A stretch of DNA of 32,000 nt from Nitrosospira multiformis ATCC 25196 (GTDB lineage Bacteria > Pseudomonadota > Gammaproteobacteria > Burkholderiales > Nitrosomonadaceae): positions 690,001 to 722,000 of the forward strand of contig NC_007614.1 of the NCBI RefSeq assembly GCF_000196355.1, given 5' to 3'. The notes beneath the pieces were generated by a model. The model was not told the DNA's origin and made no database searches. It saw nothing but the letters and a program-made list of their open reading frames with translations. Below, piece by piece: positions 1 through 10,463 of this stretch. The translations under genes were made by a program, and so were the position numbers. Position 1 is the first letter of the stretch. Each line of letters opens with the position of its first letter.

Positions 1-31
1 CACAGGGGGCAAAGAGCGCATCCTTCATTTC

Positions 32-625
32 ATGGAACATCATGTTCCCGAGGAATTGAACAGAAGCGAACTGGGCGAATGGATCGCGCGCCTGCATAAG
101 ATAAAAACCAGGCATTATGTCGGCATGCTGGAAAGTGGCGGTATTCCGCTAAGACCGGGCGTAGCTCGCCTGATCCGGCATCTGCGTGACAGAAACATAA
201 AAATCGCGATTGCAACCACCACCACCCCGGAGAACGTGACCGCGCTTTTGAAATCCACCCTGGGGGAAGATTCTCCCGGCTGGTTCGACGTTATCGGGGC
301 AGGAGACATCGTTCCCGGAAAAAAACCGGCACCCGACATCTATCACTGGGTCCTGGATCAACTGAAATTGCCGGCAAAACAGTGCATTGCCGTTGAAGAC
401 TCGGAAAACGGGCTCAGAGCATCGCTTGCCGCGGGGCTGGACACAGTGGTTACGGTAAATGGATATACCCGGTTTCAGGATTTCACGGGGGCGAAGCTTG
501 TCTTGTCCGACCTGGGGGAGCCGACGAAGCCCTTCAGCGTGCTGGAAGGAGAGGCAGGAGTGGCAAACGGCATAAACGGCAGCGGCTGGGTGGATATGGA
601 CCTGATGCTGAAGCTTAAGGGGTGA
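32..625 (+). CDS. HAD-superfamily hydrolase, CbbY/beta-phosphoglucomutase-like, probably 5'-truncated by the window edge
   Basis: Contains PGVARLIRHLRDRNIKIAIATTTT and GKKPAPDIYHWVLDQL..CIAVEDSENGLRAS, which match HAD motifs II to IV. The N-terminal DxD motif is absent, so the true start is upstream. Confidence 0.85.
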   Translation: MEHHVPEELNRSELGEWIARLHKIKTRHYVGMLESGGIPLRPGVARLIRHLRDRNIKIAIATTTTPENVTALLKSTLGEDSPGWFDVIGAGDIVPGKKPAPDIYHWVLDQLKLPAKQCIAVEDSENGLRASLAAGLDTVVTVNGYTRFQDFTGAKLVLSDLGEPTKPFSVLEGEAGVANGINGSGWVDMDLMLKLKG

Positions 626-793
626 AGGCCGTGAGGAAGCGGTCTAAAAGAATTACGGCCAATTCTGCGGACGCTCATCCCCGGTTTGCATCATCCCAAA
701 TTGGAATTGTCACCTGGAACAGGTAGTATAGTAAGTAACTAGTGACTTACCCAGGTTACCCAGGCATCCAGGCCATCCTGACAAGAAGAACAA

Positions 794-1243
794 ATGCTGC
801 AAGCCCGCACAATCAACTATTCACGGCGCCTGCTTCAATTTTTTGAAGGTGTGGGTCTCGTCGTGATTGCACTCGCCACCATATTTGCGGGGTATCAGGA
901 AACCATGCTGATGATTCACAACGGCAGAGTGAACCTTGCAGACCTGCTGCTCATGTTTCTCTACCTCGAAATCCTGACGATGGTCGGGCTTTATTTTGAA
1001 TCGGGCAAGCTGCCGGTAAGGTTTCCCCTCTATATCGCCCTGGTGGCATTGGCGCGTTATATAACCGTGGACGTCAAGGAGATGGACAACATCCGCCTGC
1101 TGGGCGTTTCTGCCGCTATCGTGCTGATTGCGCTCGGGGTGCTCGTCATCCGTTACGGGCACGTGCGCTATCCTTACGTGGAAGATCTGGAGGAACTGAC
1201 AGAGGCGGCTTCCAAGGAAAGAGAACAAAAAATTCGCGATTGA
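794..1243 (+). CDS. PsiE-like phosphate-starvation-inducible family membrane protein
   Basis: 149 aa with four hydrophobic segments and the PsiE-like stretches [37 protein letters not shown]. Confidence 0.75.
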   Translation: MLQARTINYSRRLLQFFEGVGLVVIALATIFAGYQETMLMIHNGRVNLADLLLMFLYLEILTMVGLYFESGKLPVRFPLYIALVALARYITVDVKEMDNIRLLGVSAAIVLIALGVLVIRYGHVRYPYVEDLEELTEAASKEREQKIRD

Positions 1244-1244
1244 T

Positions 1245-1748
1245 ATGGAAGGCCAAATCAACAAGCCCCAAGTGGGTGTCATCATGGGCAGCAGCAGCGA
1301 TTGGGAGGTCATGAAGCATGCTGTGGAAGTATTGAAGAAATTCCATGTGCCTTACGAAGCGGAGGTGGTTTCCGCTCATCGAACCCCTGATCGCATGTTC
1401 GAATATGCGGAAACTGCCGGCGGGCGGGGGCTGAAATGCATCATTGCCGGTGCAGGCGGGGCAGCGCATCTTCCGGGAATGGTCGCCGCGAAAACGCTCC
1501 TGCCCGTGCTGGGCGTGCCGGTTACTTCCCGGCAGCTTCAAGGGCTGGATTCGCTTTTGTCCATAGTACAAATGCCGAGGGGGATACCGGTTGCCACCTT
1601 CGCCATAGGCGAGGCGGGCGCGGCTAACGCGGGGTTGTTTGCCGTTGCGCTGCTGGCGATGGAAGATGCGGGCCTGGCCAGGCAGCTTGCCGAGTTTCGG
1701 GAAACCCAGATGGCGACGGTGGCTTCCATGACTTTACCCCTCTCATGA
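1245..1748 (+). CDS. purE: 5-(carboxyamino)imidazole ribonucleotide mutase
   Basis: Classic PurE N-terminus [17 protein letters not shown], followed by [18 protein letters not shown] and [16 protein letters not shown]. Confidence 0.97.
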   Translation: MEGQINKPQVGVIMGSSSDWEVMKHAVEVLKKFHVPYEAEVVSAHRTPDRMFEYAETAGGRGLKCIIAGAGGAAHLPGMVAAKTLLPVLGVPVTSRQLQGLDSLLSIVQMPRGIPVATFAIGEAGAANAGLFAVALLAMEDAGLARQLAEFRETQMATVASMTLPLS

Positions 1749-2965
1749 GTACGCGGCCTGGGGCGATGCTGGGGTTGCTGGGCGGCGGCCAGCTCGGCAG
1801 GATGTTCACCATGGCGGCCCAAAGCCTGGGTTACAGCGTGACCGTTCTTGATCCCGAGGAGCGGAGCCCGGCGGGTAGCATCGCTGAGCGGCACCTGCGC
1901 GCCGATTACCTCGATCGCGAGGCATTGAATGAGCTCGCATCCACCTGCGCAGGCGTCACCACCGAATTCGAAAACGTACCTGCCGAGGCACTCAGAGTAC
2001 TGGCTGAACGCTGCATCGTCAGTCCCGCTGCCGAGAGTGTCGCCATCGCGCAAGATCGCATTCTGGAGAAGAATTTTCTCGCTGCCAACGGCTTTGGGGT
2101 CGCGCCTTATACAGTGATACAGAACGCGCGCACTTCGCAGGATGCGACCAATCCGGATGGGGCATTACCCCAGAGGCAACCGCAATTTTTTCCTGACCTC
2201 TTCCCCGGAATTCTCAAGGTAAGCCGGTTTGGATATGACGGCAAAGGCCAGGTGCGTGTAAGTAATGCATCAGAGCTTGACAGCGCATTTGCAGGTTTGA
2301 ACCGGGAATCCTGCGTCCTGGAAAAACTGCTGCCCCTGGAGCGCGAGGTATCCGTCATCGTATCCAGGGGATTTGATGGCGAAGTGGTTACTTTTCCCGT
2401 ATCCGAGAATCAGCACTGTAACGGTATCCTCGACATCAGCATCGTTCCCGCCAGAGTATCGCCTGAAATTGCCCGAAACGCCTGCGATATTGCGATTCGC
2501 ATTGCCGAGAAGCTGGATTATCGCGGCGTATTATGCGTCGAGTTTTTTGTGCTCGCGGAGGGACGCCTGCTGGTGAACGAGATCGCTCCTCGTCCTCATA
2601 ATAGCGGGCATTACTCGATCAATGCCTGCGTTACCTCTCAATTCGAGCAGCAGGTGCGCATACTTTGCAGAATGCCCCTCGGCAGTACTTCCATGCATGG
2701 AGCGGCGGTAATGGTGAATCTGCTGGGCGATCTCTGGCAGAAGGGAGAGCCGGAGTGGGAACAGGTGCTGCGGCATTCCGACGTCAAATTGCATTTATAC
2801 GGCAAGCGCGATGCCAGACCCGGACGGAAAATGGGGCACTACACGGTATTGGCAGAAACGACCGACGCCGCGTTGCGGCTGGCGCTGGAAATCAAGCAAT
2901 CGCTGCAACCCTCTCATAGTACTCTTGAAACACATGAGTCTCCCCGGAACGAAAGTCGAAACTGA
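1745..2965 (+). CDS. purK: 5-(carboxyamino)imidazole ribonucleotide synthase (ATP-grasp)
   Basis: [33 protein letters not shown] and [28 protein letters not shown]. Overlaps the purE stop by 4 nt. Confidence 0.97.
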   Translation: MSTRPGAMLGLLGGGQLGRMFTMAAQSLGYSVTVLDPEERSPAGSIAERHLRADYLDREALNELASTCAGVTTEFENVPAEALRVLAERCIVSPAAESVAIAQDRILEKNFLAANGFGVAPYTVIQNARTSQDATNPDGALPQRQPQFFPDLFPGILKVSRFGYDGKGQVRVSNASELDSAFAGLNRESCVLEKLLPLEREVSVIVSRGFDGEVVTFPVSENQHCNGILDISIVPARVSPEIARNACDIAIRIAEKLDYRGVLCVEFFVLAEGRLLVNEIAPRPHNSGHYSINACVTSQFEQQVRILCRMPLGSTSMHGAAVMVNLLGDLWQKGEPEWEQVLRHSDVKLHLYGKRDARPGRKMGHYTVLAETTDAALRLALEIKQSLQPSHSTLETHESPRNESRN

Positions 2966-3857
2966 CCAGCCCGCGCTGTTTGAAACGAGCATACAGAGTC
3001 TGCCGCTTCTGCATCGCGGAAAGGTACGGGATATCTACGGTGTGGATGAAGACAAGCTTTTGATCGTCCAGACAGACCGGCTTTCCGCATTCGACGTGAT
3101 CCTGCCTACTCCCGTACCCGGCAAGGGTAGGCTGCTGACTGCCTTGTCCAGTTTCTGGTTTGAAAAACTTGAGCATATCGTTCCCAACCATCTTACCCAC
3201 ATCGCCCCCGAATCCGTGGTAACGGAAGACGAACGCGGGCAGGTGACCGAGCGGGCATTTGTAGTAAAGCGGCTCAGGCCCCTTCCGATCGAGGCGATCG
3301 TGCGCGGTTATGTCGTGGGCTCCGGCTGGAAGGATTACAAAAAAACCGGCATGATTTGCGGTATCCCACTCCCTGCCGGATTGGAGGAAGCCGGCAGGAT
3401 CCCGGGTGGAGCCCTCTTTACCCCCTCGACCAAAGCTGCCCAGGGCGCGCATGATGAAAATATCCCGTTTGCGGAGGCGGAAAAGCTGTTGAATGAAGGG
3501 GGCGAGGGGCTGGCTGCGCAGGTGCGGGATATAGCACTGGCTTTGTATACCCAGGCGGCGGATTATGCGATCACAAAAGGCATTATTATCGCCGATACCA
3601 AGTTCGAATTCGGCCAAGATCAGGCCGGCAGGCTCTACCTCATCGATGAAGCGCTTACGCCGGATTCATCGCGCTTCTGGCCTGCTGACCAGTACGCGCC
3701 GGGAAAAAACCCGCCGAGCTATGACAAACAATTCGTGCGTGACTGGCTCGAGACGCAGAACTGGAACAAGAAAGCACCCGCTCCCGCCTTGCCGCCCGAG
3801 GTGCTCGCCAAGACAGCGGAAAAATACCGGGAAGCCCTGCACCGCCTGGTAGACTAG
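2934..3857 (+). CDS. purC: Phosphoribosylaminoimidazole-succinocarboxamide synthase
   Basis: [47 protein letters not shown] and DTKFEFG. The track ORF begins at 2811, but ATG 2934 (MSLPGTKV) fits the family N-terminus. Confidence 0.95.
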   Translation: MSLPGTKVETDQPALFETSIQSLPLLHRGKVRDIYGVDEDKLLIVQTDRLSAFDVILPTPVPGKGRLLTALSSFWFEKLEHIVPNHLTHIAPESVVTEDERGQVTERAFVVKRLRPLPIEAIVRGYVVGSGWKDYKKTGMICGIPLPAGLEEAGRIPGGALFTPSTKAAQGAHDENIPFAEAEKLLNEGGEGLAAQVRDIALALYTQAADYAITKGIIIADTKFEFGQDQAGRLYLIDEALTPDSSRFWPADQYAPGKNPPSYDKQFVRDWLETQNWNKKAPAPALPPEVLAKTAEKYREALHRLVD

Positions 3858-4825
3858 AAAAGTCGTAGCAACATCCTCGTCCCCAGCAGATAAAGCAGCA
3901 CTACAAAAATTTTCCTGAGCGTGGCCGTTTGCATGACGTGCGTCGTTTTTGCACCAAGGGGTGCGGTCAGCGTGCTGCCCAGGACGATCCAACCCAGTGC
4001 CGGCAGGTAAACATATCCCAGGCTGTATTCCGGCAGTGGTTGGGGCTGCGCCATGCCATTGATCATATAGCCGATACCTCCAGCCACAGCGATGGGGAAA
4101 CCTACCGCGGCAGCGGTACCGATGGCATGTTGCAGCTTCACGTTGCACAGCGAGAGAAACGGGATCGTCAGCAGGCCTCCTCCGATTGCAACAAAGCTGG
4201 AAATCGCGCCGATGACGCTCCCCGCGGCAAGCATGCCGAGCCTTCCCGGAAGCGTGCGACTCGGTTTGGGACGGATATTGAGCAACATCTGCGTCGCCGC
4301 GTAATAAATGAAGACGACAAAAACGATGCTGAGAAAGCGGCTGGATAGCATGCTCACTACCGTTGCGCCTCCAAGCGTCCCCAGGATGATTCCCGGCGTA
4401 ATGAATTTCACGACTTGCCAGTTCACTGCACCGTGAACATGATGAGTGCGCAGACTGGCGGCGGAGGAGAAAATGATGGCTGCCATGGTGGTGCCAAGGG
4501 CGAGGTGAAGGATACGGTCGGGAGGGAAGTCTTGGGCAGTAAAAATAAAGGTAAGCACGGGGACGATGACCAGCCCGCCCCCTATGCCCAGCAGGCCGGC
4601 AAAGAAGCCAACCACGGTGCCCAATATCAGGTATGCCGGCCACCACTCCACGTTAGGCCATACCGCCGCAGATACCGGGATTCGAAGCTGTACAACGATT
4701 ACCCAACCTGGAAATCTTCCCCTGAGTCTGCCATTACAGAATTCCCATGATGAAATCCCACTCTGCCGGATCGATCGGCGTAATAGACAGCCGGTTGCCT
4801 TTTTGCAGAATACGCATGTTCGCAA
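3854..4825 (-). CDS. TauE/SafE-family sulfite exporter-like permease
   Basis: Two related hydrophobic halves with [22 protein letters not shown] and [22 protein letters not shown]. The real start is uncertain. GTG near 4651 would avoid overlap with the EVE-domain gene. Confidence 0.85.
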   Translation of the reverse strand: MRTCVFCKKATGCLLRRSIRQSGISSWEFCNGRLRGRFPGWVIVVQLRIPVSAAVWPNVEWWPAYLILGTVVGFFAGLLGIGGGLVIVPVLTFIFTAQDFPPDRILHLALGTTMAAIIFSSAASLRTHHVHGAVNWQVVKFITPGIILGTLGGATVVSMLSSRFLSIVFVVFIYYAATQMLLNIRPKPSRTLPGRLGMLAAGSVIGAISSFVAIGGGLLTIPFLSLCNVKLQHAIGTAAAVGFPIAVAGGIGYMINGMAQPQPLPEYSLGYVYLPALGWIVLGSTLTAPLGAKTTHVMQTATLRKIFVVLLYLLGTRMLLRLF

Positions 4826-5198
4826 GCTCGGGGTAACCGCGTAACTCCTTGATGCCGACCAAGCGGGTTTTCTTGATCAGGCGCACATCTACATTGAACC
4901 AGCGCGGATTTTCCGGAGTGGCTTTCGGATCGAAATATTTGTTTTCCGGCTCAAACTGGGTGGCATCCGGGTAGGCCAGCTTGCTCACTTCCGCAATCCC
5001 GGCTATTCCCGGCTCCTCACAGGTAGAATGATAGAAAAAAACCCTATCGCCGACGCGCATCTGGTCACGCATGAAATTTCGCGCCTGATAATTGCGCACC
5101 CCATACCACGCCACTGTTTGATCGGGCATCGAGGCGAGGTCGTCAATACTTACGTCGGAAGGTTCCGATTTCATCAGCCAGTAACGCATTTCCATCAT
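4734..5198 (-). CDS. EVE-domain protein (thymocyte nuclear protein 1-like)
   Basis: YWLMKSEPSDVSIDDL..WYGVRNYQARNFMRDQMRVGDRVFFYHS is characteristic of the family. Confidence 0.93.
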   Translation of the reverse strand: MMEMRYWLMKSEPSDVSIDDLASMPDQTVAWYGVRNYQARNFMRDQMRVGDRVFFYHSTCEEPGIAGIAEVSKLAYPDATQFEPENKYFDPKATPENPRWFNVDVRLIKKTRLVGIKELRGYPELANMRILQKGNRLSITPIDPAEWDFIMGIL

Positions 5199-5348
5199 TA
5201 ACTATACTTAGGTCAGAATTCAGTACTTGTGAAACTGAATGAACTATGAGCTCTATGAGCTTTGTATCAGCAAGATTCCCCAGGCAAAATTTCCCTGGAT
5301 GGAAGGCTCTCACATAAACAATCAATAGTACAGCAAGACGGAGGATCA

Positions 5349-6932
5349 ATGATAAACAATAAGTTAATGACTCGTCTTCTGAAGTTCCTGTGGCGGATAG
5401 GCGAAAGCTGGCCGTGGTTGGGCAGGAAATTAAACGAATTTGCAATCAATCGGGTAGTAAATGTGTGCCGCCACCGGCCGCATCCGTGGAGCACCGTTCA
5501 CCCCTATACCTCTTGGACCTCACTTACAGATCAGCACTGGAGCGCACGCCATTTGCCGCCGAAGAAGCAGCCGGCACAGCTTCCGTCTTCCAGCGAACTA
5601 CTCGGGCTTTTCAGGCAGCAGGACGGAAAGCAGCGATTATCCGACAAATCGACCCTGCTTTTTCCCGCGGTTGCCCAATATCTGACCGACGGTTTTATCC
5701 GCACGCGCATGCCGCAGGCAGGAGAACCCGAGACAGTTCGACTGCAAAATACATCCAATCATCAGATAGACATGTGTCCGCTTTACGGAAGGCTGCCGGA
5801 GCAGACCGCCGCCCTTCGTCTCAAAAGCGAAACCAAGGGAGAACGGGGGCGATTGAAGTCGCAGTTTATCGCCAGGGAGGAATTCTCGCCTTTCCTTTTC
5901 GATAACGGGAAACCGAAGCAGGAATTTGCCGTTCTCGACGAGCCCCTTGGATTGGAGAGGGCGTTGGATAGAGTGCCCGAGCGCCGGGAAGAGTTGCAGG
6001 CTCATATTTTTGCCTTTGGAGGGGACCGAACAAATGCCGTTCCTCAGGTGGCGATGCTGAATACCTTGTTTCTGCGGGAGCATAACCGGCTTGCAGGCGA
6101 AATAGAACGGATGCATCCCCAGTGGGATGACGAGCGCGTCTTCCAGACCGCCAGGAATAACGTCATCGTGATATTCATCAAGATTATCGTGGAGGAGTAC
6201 ATCAGCCATATCTCTCCATTGGTGCCCTATCGGGCTGACCCTTCAGTGGCCTGGAATGCCCCGTGGAACAAACCGAACTGGATCACGACCGAATTCAGTT
6301 TGCTGTATCGCTGGCATTCACTCGTTCCGGATGCCATCACCTGGAACGGACACTTGTATCTCCTGGGAGAAACCTCCATGAATAACAAGCTGCTGCTGGA
6401 CGGAGGGTTGCGACGCGCCTTTGCCGACATGAGCAGCCAGCGTGCCGGTCGTCTCGGCCCCTTCAACACGGCGGAGTTCCTATGGGAAATCGAAACACGG
6501 GCAATAGAGCAGGGCCGTCTGGCAGAACTGGCACCCTATACGGATTACCGTCATTATGTTTCCCTGGAGCGTCCCCAGGATTTTGCAGATATCTCCACGG
6601 ACCCGCGAGTGGTCGATTTTCTGAGAAAGACGTACCGGCGCGTGGAGGACATCGATTTTTACGTCGGTCTGTTTGCCGAGGATCTGGTGGAAGATTCCCC
6701 CCTGCCGTCACTCATGCTCAGGATGGTGGCAGTGGATGCTTTTTCCCAGGCTTTGACCAATCCCTTGCTGTCACAGTACGTTTATAACGAAGAAACCTTT
6801 TCTGTTCCGGGCTGGGCGGCAATCCAGAGCACGGGAACACTTTGGGATGTTCTGGACAGGAACGCACCTTCCGATCAGCGTGGGGATTTATACATCGGCT
6901 TGACCTTGCCTGATTGGATGCCTTCTTCCTGA
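5349..6932 (+). CDS. Animal-type haem peroxidase, cyclooxygenase-like
   Basis: LNTLFLREHNRLA, TARNNVIVIFIKIIVEEYI, TEFSLLYRWHSLVPD and TSNHQIDMCPLYG. The track ORF begins at 5262, but ATG 5349 (MINNKLM) is a plausible start. Confidence 0.87.
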   Translation: MINNKLMTRLLKFLWRIGESWPWLGRKLNEFAINRVVNVCRHRPHPWSTVHPYTSWTSLTDQHWSARHLPPKKQPAQLPSSSELLGLFRQQDGKQRLSDKSTLLFPAVAQYLTDGFIRTRMPQAGEPETVRLQNTSNHQIDMCPLYGRLPEQTAALRLKSETKGERGRLKSQFIAREEFSPFLFDNGKPKQEFAVLDEPLGLERALDRVPERREELQAHIFAFGGDRTNAVPQVAMLNTLFLREHNRLAGEIERMHPQWDDERVFQTARNNVIVIFIKIIVEEYISHISPLVPYRADPSVAWNAPWNKPNWITTEFSLLYRWHSLVPDAITWNGHLYLLGETSMNNKLLLDGGLRRAFADMSSQRAGRLGPFNTAEFLWEIETRAIEQGRLAELAPYTDYRHYVSLERPQDFADISTDPRVVDFLRKTYRRVEDIDFYVGLFAEDLVEDSPLPSLMLRMVAVDAFSQALTNPLLSQYVYNEETFSVPGWAAIQSTGTLWDVLDRNAPSDQRGDLYIGLTLPDWMPSS

Positions 6933-7160
6933 TTCAAAACGTGAAAATGAGGTTGCCCGATGGGGTTACCTATCGGTCGCTCATTACCCGCTATAAGTTA
7001 AGGGCAGATCCATGAATATCGCTTGCCGGTGTTGCAGTGGTGTTCTTTATTATCTCCGGGAAGTCTCTTGGCGACGTCCAGCGATAGGTTCAGGAATAGA
7101 CATAAACACCAAAACAGGTTCCCCCTCAAACGACATGCGAGCTCACGTACCATACTTTAT

Positions 7161-8495
7161 TCAGGGGCTCGTGGTCGAGATGAGAATGAGTTGCTTGATA
7201 AATTCGATAATGCGGCCGTCATCGATATGAGTATGATCCGTAATCAGGTTTTTATCGACTCTCGTAACGAGGTAGGGATTGCGTGGGGCGGATATATTGC
7301 TCCTTTCCAGTGTAAGGTTCGCAATAGGGATCTTGCTGCCAGGTTTGTCGTCTTCCCATGCGGACTTTGCAGCCAGGCCGGAACTGACACTCTCACTACT
7401 GCTCGATTGACCCGCAACTCCCTTTGGCAGAGCATGGGACGGATAGAGTCTGTGAGTCTCATACGGCTGGAAGAGGCCAACAGCGGTTACGTTTGCCTCG
7501 CCCTCGTCGATGATTTCTTCCTGTCCGGTTACGGCATTCGTTCGCCTGATGTCGCGATCTTTCTCAAAAAAGGTAGATAGATGGCGGCCAATGGGAAACG
7601 AGTTGCGAAGGGCCTTATCGGCCTCCGATGTTAGTATGGCCATGACAGGCAATTGGGACTTGAAGTAAGTGCCACGCTCCGTGGACATATCACTGAGCGA
7701 TGAAAATTGTAAGGCTTCGAAGGCGGGGTTTATGAGTACAACCAGATTCCCAAACCCTTCCACGTCGCTCTGCACGCCCACCGGCCCCATTGTGCGAACG
7801 AACCGATTTTCGAGTATTTGAACCAATGAGGCATGTACGATAGCTCCCCCGAAGCTGTGTCCGACAATTACCAGACGAGTATTGCTGTTACCCTCCGAAA
7901 CATTTTCCTTAACGCGCTTGAGTAGTTCGAGGCGGTTCAATACCTCAGTAACGCCGCCCCGGCTGACTTTCTGAGCGGTATTTTTCCGGTCCCAGAAGGT
8001 CAGGTCCTCAACCACGGGCATGGTAATGGACTCACCACGCCAGCCTAGATAAATACCGGCTACCTGTCGTGCCGGGCGCCCCGTTTTTTTGCTGATAAGA
8101 AGTTCGTTCTCACTCAACCCGGCAAGAACGTTACGAAAAGTCTGGATATTTTTGTCGGTATGCTTCGCATTATGCTTCCAGCCATGAACGAATACCGTTA
8201 TTAACAAATCTTTGCTGGCGGCTTCAGCCGAAAGCTTATCGATAACGGACCACATTTGCCTGCGATCCCAAAGCTGGCCCTGGTCATCGAATTCAATAAA
8301 ATTCAAGAGATAGCGCGCTCCATCTGCTGCGGGAAATTCCAGGATGGCGTGGTTTTCGCACTCCCGAGATAATTCCGAGGTCGGGTTAACGCATAAATCA
8401 TACTCCGTCCGATACTGTACAAACGGGGCACACCCGCCAAGTACCATCAGGAGAATGAGAACAGTGACATGCAATTCGACGGAGTGGAATTTCAT
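7161..8495 (-). CDS. Predicted alpha/beta-hydrolase lipoprotein
   Basis: Signal peptide with lipobox-like LMVLGGC. ITVFVHGWKHNA and RLVIVGHSFGGAIVHAS resemble the oxyanion region and nucleophile elbow. Confidence 0.8.
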   Translation of the reverse strand: MKFHSVELHVTVLILLMVLGGCAPFVQYRTEYDLCVNPTSELSRECENHAILEFPAADGARYLLNFIEFDDQGQLWDRRQMWSVIDKLSAEAASKDLLITVFVHGWKHNAKHTDKNIQTFRNVLAGLSENELLISKKTGRPARQVAGIYLGWRGESITMPVVEDLTFWDRKNTAQKVSRGGVTEVLNRLELLKRVKENVSEGNSNTRLVIVGHSFGGAIVHASLVQILENRFVRTMGPVGVQSDVEGFGNLVVLINPAFEALQFSSLSDMSTERGTYFKSQLPVMAILTSEADKALRNSFPIGRHLSTFFEKDRDIRRTNAVTGQEEIIDEGEANVTAVGLFQPYETHRLYPSHALPKGVAGQSSSSESVSSGLAAKSAWEDDKPGSKIPIANLTLERSNISAPRNPYLVTRVDKNLITDHTHIDDGRIIEFIKQLILISTTSP

Positions 8496-8827
8496 GGTAT
8501 CTATTTAATCCGAAGAGATGTTCTTGCAACCTGTACCAGGGAATGACCGCATGTTCCTGAAATGCGTTTCGTATCGGGTGGAAATCCGCATATTCTCTGC
8601 CAGGACGGAAGGCGCATTCATAATGAAGGTTAGTAGTGTTAGTAGTATATGTCTATGCTGATTTGGCAAGTGTATTTTCGGATTTATTACCGCAGATCAG
8701 GCGTGCGTGTGAACACGCTCGCTACTCAGCGCGCACTAGGGACACCGAGGGGAACCGAGTAACTGGAGTAAGTGACCGAGCTCATGCTACCGGTTTGTTG
8801 AACTTCTGATGGCAAGGTGGGCGGAAA

Positions 8828-10189
8828 ATGGCATTAGCAAACGTATTCCGGCCCCACCCGTGGCAGAGCTTGCAGTCCAAACGGGGTGCTGTCGTGAAGC
8901 ATACTGAAAACGCTGGACATCAACTGGAACGACGTCAATTTATCGTCTCTACACTTTCGGCGGGATTCGCCATGACGGTAGGTCCGCTCTACGCCCAAGC
9001 CGTGCGGGACGGTGTCCAGATTTCTGTAAAGAATGGGGATCAGACCGCTCCTGGTCCTCGATCGCCGGGCGGACATACTTCGATCAAGTTATTTCTCTGT
9101 GGCGATGTCATGACGGGCAGAGGCATAGACCAGGTCTTGCCTCACCCCGGCAATCCCATTCTTTTTGAGGGGTACATGAAAAGCGCAACAGGCTATGTTG
9201 AGCTTGCCGAAGAGGCAAACGGGCCGATTCCGCACCCAGTCCCTTTTTCCTATATCTGGGGAGATGCGCTTGCCGAACTGGAGCGTAGAAAGCCCGATGT
9301 TCGCGTCATTAACCTCGAAACCGCGCTTACCCGTAGTGACGAAGTGCAGGACAAGGCAGTGAACTACCGCATGAATCCGGATAATATCCCCTGTATCACT
9401 GCCGCGAAGATCGATTGCTGCGTGCTGGCGAACAACCATGTTCTGGACTGGGGGTATGAAGGTCTCGCCGAGACGTTGAAAACGCTCAAACGAGCCGACA
9501 TAAAAATAGCTGGCGCCGGCTTAAACGTTCAAGAGGCGCGGCAACCCGCGGAGATGACAGTTCCCGGAAAGGGACGTGTACTGGTTTTCTCGCTCGGATC
9601 GGAAACAAGCGGCATACCCTGGAACTGGGCGGCTCGAACAGACCGGGCAGGCGTGAATCTGTTGCCGGATTTTTCAGCAAAAACGGTTCGGGAAATTCGC
9701 GACAGAATAAAGCAGGTCCGCCTGCCCGGTGACATTGTGGTTGCTTCAATCCATTGGGGTAATAACTGGGGTTATGCAATTCCAGTCGAGCAACAGGATT
9801 TTGCACACGGCCTGATCGATGAAGCGGGTGTTGACGTCATCCACGGCCATTCATCGCATCATGTGAAGGGCATCGAGGTTTACAGGGGAAAGCTCATTCT
9901 TTATGGATGCGGCGACTTCCTGAATGATTATGAAGGCATCTCAGGGCACGAGACTTATCGGGGTGACCTGACGTTGATGTATTTCGTGAGCGCGGAGCCG
10001 CAGACCGGCAAACTCGTCAGCCTGTCGATGGTGCTCATGCAGGTCAGGCATTTCAAATTGAATCGGGCATCTGATGTCGATGCTTCCTGGCTGAAGAATA
10101 TCCTGAACAGGGAGGGGAAGAAGCTGGGGACGTCGGTGGAACTGACGGCGGATAATACCTTGATGCTCCGATGGATGCTCCAAGGATAG
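8828..10189 (+). CDS. CapA-family (poly-gamma-glutamate capsule synthesis type) metallophosphatase-like protein with a Tat-like leader
   Basis: ERRQFIVSTLSAGFAMTVG leader, then LFLCGDVMTGRGIDQ, VINLETALT, VLANNHVLDWGYEGL and VIHGHSSHHVKGIEVYRGKLILYGCGDFLNDYEG. Confidence 0.88.
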   Translation: MALANVFRPHPWQSLQSKRGAVVKHTENAGHQLERRQFIVSTLSAGFAMTVGPLYAQAVRDGVQISVKNGDQTAPGPRSPGGHTSIKLFLCGDVMTGRGIDQVLPHPGNPILFEGYMKSATGYVELAEEANGPIPHPVPFSYIWGDALAELERRKPDVRVINLETALTRSDEVQDKAVNYRMNPDNIPCITAAKIDCCVLANNHVLDWGYEGLAETLKTLKRADIKIAGAGLNVQEARQPAEMTVPGKGRVLVFSLGSETSGIPWNWAARTDRAGVNLLPDFSAKTVREIRDRIKQVRLPGDIVVASIHWGNNWGYAIPVEQQDFAHGLIDEAGVDVIHGHSSHHVKGIEVYRGKLILYGCGDFLNDYEGISGHETYRGDLTLMYFVSAEPQTGKLVSLSMVLMQVRHFKLNRASDVDASWLKNILNREGKKLGTSVELTADNTLMLRWMLQG

Positions 10190-10463
10190 CACAAGTCAAA
10201 GATGATCTATGAAGGCAGCTCGCTGCTGTGGGGAACTGACTGTCATTGGGACTCGTACCACCCCTGATAATGAAAGAAACTATGGGGTGGAAGGCAGCGG
10301 GAGGAGGTCGCGCAATTTTCACCGGTGAGGCCACTCAGTTTGATTTTCTATCTGACCAGATTGATGCCCCATCAGGCAGTTGGTTCGGTCATCCTATTGC
10401 GGTAGGGATGATGTTAAATGCGAGTCCCTTGCCGCTCCGCAAGGGATTTATCCAGGAATCCCC

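Noticed and set aside
821-1571. Long minus-strand ORFs (821-1312 and 1146-1571) opposite the PsiE-like and purE genes
   Set aside because: These are antisense to well-supported coding genes, with compositionally biased sequence and no recognisable domains.
3666-4646. 326-aa minus-strand ORF overlapping TauE/SafE in another frame
   Set aside because: The sequence is rich in His, Arg, Ser and Cys and reads like an out-of-frame shadow of the genuine permease ORF.
7023-7580. 185-aa plus-strand ORF opposite the lipoprotein hydrolase
   Set aside because: The minus-strand protein has a signal peptide, lipobox and GHSFGG motif. The plus-strand ORF has none, and its overlap with the minus-strand gene explains most of its length.
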